64,000 nucleotides of DNA from Ruminiclostridium sp. (GTDB lineage: Bacteria; Bacillota; Clostridia; Oscillospirales; Ruminococcaceae). Positions 58,147 through 64,000 of the stretch are shown one piece after another; position 1 is the stretch's first letter; every line of letters starts with the position of its first letter. The notes below the pieces were generated by a model, which worked only from the letters and a program-made list of their open reading frames with translations, did no database searches and was not told where the DNA came from. Both the position numbers and the translations under genes were made by a program. The stretch is from assembly GCA_051882315.1 (NCBI GenBank), contig JBJERM010000122.1, forward strand, positions 2,501 through 66,500. The letters run 5' to 3'.

Positions 58147-59094
58147 ATGGAAAAAATCTATGTTGCTAAGACACTTGACGCAGCAAAGGAACAGGCTGTA
58201 AACGAATTTACTGCCCTCGGTATCGCCGAGAGCGACATTGACTACGAAATACTTGAACAGCCCGTTAAGAAGCTTTTCGGCACAAAGGGCGAGTTCAAGG
58301 TACGCGCTTTCGCCGCTGAGCCTGCACCCAAGGCGGAGGAAACCGCTCCTGCTGCTGAAAAGGAAGAGCCTGCTGCCGAGGCTGTAGAAATGCCCGAACA
58401 GAGCGTTTCAGCTGCTGCCGAAGGAGTTGACGTTCTTGAAACCGAGAAGGTAAAGAACGCTCAGAAGTATCTTGCAAAAATTCTCACAGCCTTAGGTCTT
58501 GAAGGCTTCACAATCGAAACAAAGGTAAACGGAGATACCGTTGTGCTTGACATCGTTGGCGACAAGCTTGGCGTTGTTATCGGCAGAAGAGGCGAAACCC
58601 TTGACTCCCTCCAGTACCTCACAATCTTAGCAAGCAACAAGGCGGAGGAATCCTACTGCCGTATTTCCGTTGACTGCAACGGTTACAGAGCAAAGAGGAA
58701 GGAAACCCTTGAAGCGCTGGCTGTCAAGACTGCAAACAGAGTTTTAAGGCAGGGCAGAAGAATTACCCTCGAGCCTATGAACCCCTATGAGAGAAGAATC
58801 ATACACAGCAAGGTTGCTGAAATCGAGGGAGTTTACAGCAATTCCATCGGCGAAGAGCCCTTCAGAAAGGTTGTTATCTCCTCCACGGCAAAGCCCACCT
58901 ACAACAAGGACAGAAACGACAGACGCAGAGGCGGCAGACCCTCCTCCGCAGGCAAGAGCTACCGTCAGTCCTCCGGCTTCTCCACCTCCTTTGAGAGAGA
59001 GTACAAGAGAACCCAGTCCGAGCCTGTTGAGTATTCACAGGAAACCGTTGACCTTGAAAAGAGCGTTTCTCTCTACGGAAAGATTGAGCTTTAA
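58147..59094 (+). CDS. jag: Jag/EloR (KhpB) RNA-binding protein
   Basis: Jag_N, KH (VIGRRGETLDSLQYL) and R3H (MNPYERRIIH) domains. Confidence 0.95.
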   Translation: MEKIYVAKTLDAAKEQAVNEFTALGIAESDIDYEILEQPVKKLFGTKGEFKVRAFAAEPAPKAEETAPAAEKEEPAAEAVEMPEQSVSAAAEGVDVLETEKVKNAQKYLAKILTALGLEGFTIETKVNGDTVVLDIVGDKLGVVIGRRGETLDSLQYLTILASNKAEESYCRISVDCNGYRAKRKETLEALAVKTANRVLRQGRRITLEPMNPYERRIIHSKVAEIEGVYSNSIGEEPFRKVVISSTAKPTYNKDRNDRRRGGRPSSAGKSYRQSSGFSTSFEREYKRTQSEPVEYSQETVDLEKSVSLYGKIEL

Positions 59095-59099
59095 TGAAT

Positions 59100-59128
59100 G
59101 AAAAAGGGGCTAAGCCAAGCCCCTTTTT
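59100..59128 (+). terminator. Intrinsic terminator after jag
   Basis: AAAAAGGGGCT-AAGCCA-AGCCCCTTTTT. Confidence 0.7.
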
Positions 59129-59156
59129 GTTTAATCGCCGCAGCTTGCGGCAATAC

Positions 59157-59231
59157 TGGGCTATCGCCAAGTGGTAAGGCAAGGGACTTTGACTCCCTCA
59201 CCCGCTGGTTCGAATCCAGTTAGCCCAACCA
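59157..59231 (+). tRNA. tRNA-Gln (UUG), CCA encoded
   Basis: Acceptor TGGGCTA/TAGCCCA, anticodon arm AGGGA-CTTTGAC-TCCCT, T-arm GCTGG-TTCGAAT-CCAGT. Confidence 0.97.
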
Positions 59232-59234
59232 ACC

Positions 59235-59463
59235 GAGTGCCTCGGCACGCAGAAAGCCCGATTACAAGTCGGGCTTTATTTTTATATTGATGCACCCCGC
59301 AATCTATTTTGTCACACCAGCACAAGCAGCGTGACGCTGCACCCCTTATCGCCTCAAGTATCTTCTTGGGGCGATTTTTTTGCCCGAAGGCGGCAATCTT
59401 TTTGACCTCAAAATACAGTAGAGTGCCTCGGCACCCAGAAAGCCCGATTACAAGTCGGGCTTT
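59235..59463 (+). repeat. 43-bp direct repeat pair (59235-59277 and 59421-59463)
   Basis: GAGTGCCTCGGCAC[G/C]CAGAAAGCCCGATTACAAGTCGGGCTTT, one mismatch; each copy holds a small hairpin plus a terminator-like hairpin. Confidence 0.9.
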
Positions 59464-59477
59464 TTTATGTTTCTTTA

Positions 59478-59506
59478 TTGACATTCGGATAATATTATGA
59501 TAAAAT
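59478..59506 (+). promoter_or_regulatory. Promoter of the TA operon
   Basis: TTGACA (59478-83), 17 bp, TG-A-TAAAAT. Confidence 0.7.
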
Positions 59507-59540
59507 TGAGAAAAAATAGATTGTCGAAAGGAGCATATAT

Positions 59541-59804
59541 ATGATTCAGATAAGACCAGTTTCCGACCTTAGGAATAAATTTCCCGAAATAGAAAGCGTA
59601 GTAAACAGCGGGCAGCCTGTTTACCTTACAAAGAATGGCTATGGAGCTATGGTTGTAATGAGCCTTGAAGAGTATTCACGGCTTACAGAGAATGTGGAGG
59701 AAAAGCTTGATGAAGCGGATAGGCTTGCGGATGCTTCAGATAAGCGGTTGTCCCACGAGGAAGTTTTCGGAGAGGTACGCAGGAGGCTGAATGAAAAACT
59801 ATAA
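59541..59804 (+). CDS. Type II antitoxin, Phd/YefM family
   Basis: IRPVSDLRN...PVYLTKNGYGAMVVMSLEEY. Confidence 0.93.
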   Translation: MIQIRPVSDLRNKFPEIESVVNSGQPVYLTKNGYGAMVVMSLEEYSRLTENVEEKLDEADRLADASDKRLSHEEVFGEVRRRLNEKL

Positions 59805-60099
59805 GCTGAGGTATCTTCCGCTGTTTTCGGAGGACTTGTTTGAAGCTGCTTCCTATATTTCAAACCAGCTCAACAATCCTCAGGCTGCCGAAAGGCTGAT
59901 AAACCAAGTAGAAAAAGCTATTCTTGAAAGACTGAAAATGCCGCTTTCTTTCGAGCCTTTTAAATCAAAGAAGAACAGAAAAGACACATACTATCGCATT
60001 TACGTTGGGAATTATACTGTTTTTTATGTCGTGATTGATGACGTAATGGAGGTAAGACGATTAATATACAGCAAAAGAGATTTAGACAGATTAATCTGA
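59791..60099 (+). CDS. Type II toxin, RelE/ParE family
   Basis: EDLFEAASYIS...NPQAAERL...YYRIYVGNYTVFYVV...VRRLIY; overlaps the antitoxin 3' end. Confidence 0.92.
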   Translation: MKNYKLRYLPLFSEDLFEAASYISNQLNNPQAAERLINQVEKAILERLKMPLSFEPFKSKKNRKDTYYRIYVGNYTVFYVVIDDVMEVRRLIYSKRDLDRLI

Positions 60100-60136
60100 A
60101 CGAAAAGCATCGTGCCGTAAGACACGATGTTTTTTC

Positions 60137-60455
60137 TTACTTCTTCCTAAGCACAATCCCGATAAAATTAAGATACTTTCCTCCTCCTGCTTCCATAGTC
60201 TTTCTGTCTCCTGCGGCGTACTCGTCGTCCTGATTAAGCCAGTCAGCCCAGACCTCATCGTTGCTCTCCATTTCGTAAACCGAAACAACCTCGGCGTAGC
60301 TTGCGGCTACTATCTCCTGCCAGTAAGAAATATCCTGTATGTAGTCAAGCTGCTCGGGAGTCCAGGACAGCAGAAGCTCGGGAAGGCAGATTATCGTGCA
60401 GGTCCTTTTTCATTCCGGGAACCGCAATATACTTTTCGCTTTTTTCGTACTTCAT
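60137..60455 (-). pseudogene. 5'-truncated, frameshifted remnant of a methyltransferase-like gene
   Basis: MKYEKSEKYIAVPGMKKDLHDNLP, then one extra base (~60383), then PELLLSWTPEQLDYIQDISYW...WADWL...GGGKYLNFIGIVLRKK*. Length is 3n+1. I recognise this from memory as the C-terminal half of a clostridial class I methyltransferase family. Confidence 0.65.
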
Positions 60456-60457
60456 TT

Positions 60458-61948
60458 TTAGTCCTCAATTATGAAACTATTGATATGGCTTTTCAGGGCA
60501 GTAACAATTTCCCCCTTGTTTTCTGCGCTGTCGTAAAGATTTATCAGCAAGAACATGGGCGAATAGAACAGGAGCGCCTTTTCCTTGTAGTTTTTGCAGC
60601 CTGCACCACGGAAAAAGTCCTCGCAGTAGGACAGCGGTCCTGCGGAGAGGTATCGGCTGTACAGCTCTGCTGTTTCGGCACTGCGGTACTGCTCTATTGT
60701 AATCATTCTGCGAAAATCTGCGGCAAAGCTGTCTGCTGTCCAGTATCGGAACATTGACAGGGTAAAGGCTTTGAAAGCCTCGGGAGAGGTTTTCGGCGGC
60801 TTCTCGCCGTCCTTGCAGTTTTCGGCGGGAACGTGATTTTCTGCTGCAAGCTCCCCGTCCCGCTGCTCCATTCGGTGAAGTATGCTGTCAAAAATATCCT
60901 GCTTGCTTTTGTAATGCTTGTAAAGTGCAGCCTGCGTTACTCCCAGCTCTCCCGCAATATCCCGCACCGAAACGCTGTCAGCGCCCCGCAGAGCAAACAG
61001 CCGCAGAGCCGTCCGGAGTATCTTTTCTTTGGTATTTACATATCCTGCACCCTTAAGAACGGCGGTAACGTAGCTTATATTCTCAAAGGCGGTAATATCC
61101 GAGCTTCCGAGAATTTCCCCGTCAATCTCATCGGGAGTAAGTTCCTCGTAGATTTTAAAGCCGTAATCCTCCAGAATTTCCGAAAGCCTGCCGCTGTCGC
61201 AGAAAAACTTCATAGGCTCGCCGCCTGCCGCCGCCATAGCAAGCATATTTTTTACTCGCCGCACCTCTGAAAAGGGCAGGTCGCTGTCCCCGTAGTCGAA
61301 AACAATAGTACTTCCCTCGGGGGATATTTCAGAAATCTCCGAGAGGATTTTCCGCAGCTGTTCCTCGGTCAGGTAGAAGCTTACCCCGAGAAGGCTGAAA
61401 AATGTCTTTTTGGTCATATCAAAGCCTGCGGAAATAAGCTGCTCCTTAAGGCTATCCTTGCTGAAATCTATGGGCACAAAGCGCAGATTATCGGGGATTT
61501 CAAAGCCTGCCTGCTCAATCCGCTGCCGCTTATCCTGCTGGGTCAGCGGGTGGTCGGCTTCAAATACGGCAAGCTTCTTCATCAGCTCTTTTTCCCGCAG
61601 GCAGAAGGTATCATATCCTGCCCCAAGAATAACGTACTGAGTTGTACCGGTTAGAATTTCGGTTTTAAGCCGTTCCTCGCAGTATTTTGCCCTTGCAACA
61701 GGGGTTGGCGCAAGCTGGGTGTTGATGATAAAGTCAAGCAGCTCGGCTTTGTCTTCGGTTTTTGACTTTGCCTCGGGGGCGAAAAAGTCTGCTCCGCTCA
61801 GTATGTAGCTTGCTATCTGCTTCTTTTCTTCCGGCAGCAGCAGCTTTTCGGCGGCGCTGTCGCAGAATACGGGGTTTTCTGCGGTTTCGGTGTGATATGC
61901 CCGCACAAAGGCGGACATAAGAGCGGTTATACTGCTTTTATCTTCCAT
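60458..61948 (-). CDS. Fusion: LCM/Ppm1/TcmP-type SAM methyltransferase (N) plus TetR regulator (C)
   Basis: QYVILGAGYDTF, FEADHP, IDFSKD, LGVSFYLT, then NTKEKILRTALRLFA.RG...VSVRDIAGELGVTQAALYKHYKSKQDIF in one open frame. Confidence 0.88.
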   Translation of the reverse strand: MEDKSSITALMSAFVRAYHTETAENPVFCDSAAEKLLLPEEKKQIASYILSGADFFAPEAKSKTEDKAELLDFIINTQLAPTPVARAKYCEERLKTEILTGTTQYVILGAGYDTFCLREKELMKKLAVFEADHPLTQQDKRQRIEQAGFEIPDNLRFVPIDFSKDSLKEQLISAGFDMTKKTFFSLLGVSFYLTEEQLRKILSEISEISPEGSTIVFDYGDSDLPFSEVRRVKNMLAMAAAGGEPMKFFCDSGRLSEILEDYGFKIYEELTPDEIDGEILGSSDITAFENISYVTAVLKGAGYVNTKEKILRTALRLFALRGADSVSVRDIAGELGVTQAALYKHYKSKQDIFDSILHRMEQRDGELAAENHVPAENCKDGEKPPKTSPEAFKAFTLSMFRYWTADSFAADFRRMITIEQYRSAETAELYSRYLSAGPLSYCEDFFRGAGCKNYKEKALLFYSPMFLLINLYDSAENKGEIVTALKSHINSFIIED

Positions 61949-61967
61949 ACTTCCTCCTTAGCTCTGT

Positions 61968-62019
61968 TAGGTAAACACTTGTTTACCTATATTATAGTAA
62001 ACAAGCGTTTACTTGTCAA
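61968..62019 (-). promoter_or_regulatory. Promoter with twin GTAAAC-N4-GTTTAC operators
   Basis: Minus-strand TTGACA (62019-14), 17 bp, TATAAT (61996-91). Palindromes TAGGTAAAC-ACTT-GTTTACCTA (61968-89) and AGTAAAC-AAGC-GTTTACT (61996-62013). Confidence 0.85.
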
Positions 62020-62093
62020 GGGCTTTTTAAAATTCTGAAAAAAATATCCGCACCGAAAAATTATTTTCGGTGCGGATATTGTTTATGGATATA

Positions 62094-63449
62094 TCAGGTT
62101 TGTTTTTTGGTTGTAACCTTGGTTGTTGTCGCTTTGGTTGTGGTTGTCGCCTTTGTTGTGGTTGCCTTGGTGGTTGATGTGGTATTGGTTGAAGAAGCGG
62201 CAGCCTTTTCCTCCTGCTCCTTAAGCCACTTGCTGTAACCCTGCATAAGGGACTTTGACCACTTTCTTCCTGCCCACTTGCCGCCGTTTACCTTGTAATA
62301 ATACTGGAAGTAAAGAGGACTCTTGTTTATGTAGGCCTTGGAGACGTCAATCTTTGCGCTTTCGCCGTCACGAAGCTTTCTTGCATAGAGAACAAATCTT
62401 GTGTCAACGTTCATACCCATAGGATAGTAGCAGGTTGAAAGGGTAAGGAACTCATCGTCATAAGCGATATTTACAGCAGGATTATAGAATACGCTGCGGT
62501 CGAATACTGCCTCAAAATACTTATAGAAGGTACCCTGGTTCTTGAAATTACGGTACTTGTAGTAGTTGAAAACGTCGCCGTACTTTGTCTGGGTGTTTAC
62601 GAACATACCTGCAAATACAACGTATGTGCTTTCACCGCCGAAAACGGACTCGTACGTGATTGTGGGGTGCTTTAAGTAGAAATCAAGGCTGCCGTATCTG
62701 TTGGGGTAGTAGTTCGTGATTTTCGCAAGACCTACGCCTGTTCTTATATTGTGACCGTAAATAATAAGGTTGTCGGGGCGGTTGGTCTTTGTAACGGGAA
62801 CGTGGCAGTCGGCAAAGGTTGTGCCAACCTTTGTGTAGTCGTATCTGCCATAGAAGTCGTGCTCAAGGTAGAACTTGTTGTCGGTAGCCTGAACGACAGG
62901 AACATCTATGGGAGTATCCTTGATAGTAAGCCAGCCGATAAAGTCGGTATTGAGCTTACGCATATATTGAAGGTCGTGCTTGATTTCGGGATAGCTTTTT
63001 CCGCCGCGGTAGCCGCTGACATGCGCCGTAGCTGTGATTGTATCCTTTGTTCTCTTGGCTGTGGTTGTGGTCGTGGTTTTTTTTGCAGTGGTTTCAGCTG
63101 TGGTTGTTTTTGCGGTTGTCTTAGCCGTTGTTTTTGCAGTAGTCTTTGAAGCGCCTGCTCCGTATTCTTCGGGCGCTGTGGTTACTTCGGGCTGAGGCGT
63201 ATTTTCGGGGGTAATTATATCCTCATCGGAAAAAACGTCATACTCGGCGGGAAGCATTGTGTTATCGTCAATATCAGTTTCCGCTTCGGTAATTTCCGGC
63301 TCATCGTAAAGGAAATCCTCGCTTGCGATAACTTCCTCTTCGGGGAACAATACATTGCCATTCTGAACGACAACGGCTTCATGGCAGCCTGACACAGCTA
63401 TAATTGCCGCCAGAACAAGGCATAGAAATGCCTTTCCTGATTTTCTCAT
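62094..63449 (-). CDS. srtB: Class B sortase with Thr/Lys-rich linkers
   Basis: GWLTI..T.IDVPVVQ.TDN.FYL.HDF, IIYGHN, LTLSTC, RFVLYAR. Confidence 0.9.
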   Translation of the reverse strand: MRKSGKAFLCLVLAAIIAVSGCHEAVVVQNGNVLFPEEEVIASEDFLYDEPEITEAETDIDDNTMLPAEYDVFSDEDIITPENTPQPEVTTAPEEYGAGASKTTAKTTAKTTAKTTTAETTAKKTTTTTTAKRTKDTITATAHVSGYRGGKSYPEIKHDLQYMRKLNTDFIGWLTIKDTPIDVPVVQATDNKFYLEHDFYGRYDYTKVGTTFADCHVPVTKTNRPDNLIIYGHNIRTGVGLAKITNYYPNRYGSLDFYLKHPTITYESVFGGESTYVVFAGMFVNTQTKYGDVFNYYKYRNFKNQGTFYKYFEAVFDRSVFYNPAVNIAYDDEFLTLSTCYYPMGMNVDTRFVLYARKLRDGESAKIDVSKAYINKSPLYFQYYYKVNGGKWAGRKWSKSLMQGYSKWLKEQEEKAAASSTNTTSTTKATTTKATTTTKATTTKVTTKKQT

Positions 63450-63629
63450 TATCTTTACCTCTCTGAATTACGATTTATGCGCTTATACTATGCGGCGCAT
63501 AAAGTAATTATAGCATATTTTCCCTTTATTGTCATTATATAACGTTAATTTTTTGTATAGAAAAATCGGGTAGGTTTTTATGCAAATTGCAAAAATATTA
63601 CAGTCATACAGCAAATTTCCGCAAAAAAA

Positions 63630-63751
63630 TACAGCCGGCAAAGGCTCCCATTCCGGCAGTTCTGCCCGGCGGCTACTCTCAAATACATGAGAGTTAGCCT
63701 GCTCGGAGTATTCGCATACTGCTGAATTGGAGACGCCATATACCGGCTGTG
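63630..63751 (-). ncRNA. Candidate structured ncRNA (possibly a short 6S-like RNA)
   Basis: Closing stem ACAGCCGG/CCGGCTGT, inner complementarity GGCGTCTCCA/TGGGAGCC, hairpin ACTCTCA-N6-TGAGAGT; no ORF. Strand and identity are uncertain. Confidence 0.45.
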
Positions 63752-63792
63752 CTTTAAGGCAATAATTGTGCTGTATTGCCTTAATTCAATAA

Positions 63793-63948
63793 TTACTGCT
63801 TGGAGAAGGAGTCCTTGGCTGCTCCGCAAAGAGGGCACACGAAGTCATCGGGAAGGTCCTCAAACTTTGTTCCGGGCGCAATTCCGTTATCGGGATCGCC
63901 CACTGCCTCGTCGTATTCCCAGCCGCAAAGGTCGCATACATACTTCAT
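63793..63948 (-). CDS. Rubredoxin (51 aa; missed by the ORF track)
   Basis: Manual translation [51 protein letters not shown]; SD GAAAGGA. Confidence 0.97.
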   Translation of the reverse strand: MKYVCDLCGWEYDEAVGDPDNGIAPGTKFEDLPDDFVCPLCGAAKDSFSKQ

Positions 63949-64000
63949 AATAAAAAACCGTCCTTTCTTTATTTGGCTGTAACGCCAATTTTATTATAAT

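Noticed and set aside
59235-59463. CRISPR array
   Set aside because: Only two repeats, a 143-bp spacer, terminator-like repeats and no cas genes.
60091-60288. 65-aa ORF from the track
   Set aside because: Wrong frame; the coding signal lies in the frame ending at 60137 (pseudogene).
59157-62090. Intact tRNA-anchored integrative element or prophage
   Set aside because: No integrase and no second copy of the tRNA 3' end seen in the window.
62100-62200. Tandem ACN-codon repeats as a contingency locus or DGR variable region
   Set aside because: In-frame Thr/Lys linker codons with synonymous variation, like the other lipoprotein linkers here; no template repeat or reverse transcriptase.

Overview
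Chromosomal segment of about 47% GC (by eye) from a Clostridia-type bacterium. An Oscillospiraceae/Ruminococcaceae-like host is inferred from gene content and codon style. It is mostly housekeeping: rlmH, a D,D-carboxypeptidase, rpmB, gpsA, glgA, a Trp T-box-controlled trpEGDCFBA operon, a nine-gene V/A-type ATPase operon, htrA, the SCIFF pair scfA/scfB, recJ, an SSS symporter plus phenylacetate-CoA ligase, a MarR-ABC exporter pair, fba, rodA/ftsW, galK, hflX, nadBC, ttcA, a degenerate CCA-enzyme homolog, a polar amino-acid ABC transporter, rpmH-rnpA-yidD-yidC-jag, tRNA-Gln(UUG), a Phd/RelE toxin-antitoxin pair, a methyltransferase-TetR fusion, a class B sortase and rubredoxin. I saw no rRNA, CRISPR array, transposase, integrase or phage gene. 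The main signals outside the ORF track are listed next. (i) Three families of dispersed, modular hairpin/MITE-like repeats at gene 3' ends, with compensatory base changes and partly shared termini; one supplies the C-terminus of NtpD. (ii) A methyltransferase-TetR fusion with twin operators, followed by a frameshifted methyltransferase remnant. (iii) An XRE-linked chimeric lipoprotein followed by the 3' stump of a paralog. (iv) A CCA-enzyme homolog with degenerate templating motifs. (v) hflX wedged antisense between + strand genes. (vi) A 43-bp direct repeat between the tRNA and the TA pair. (vii) A ~120-nt structured ncRNA candidate near the right end. (viii) The rpmH cluster detached from dnaA/oriC. 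All family assignments come from motif recognition, not database searches.
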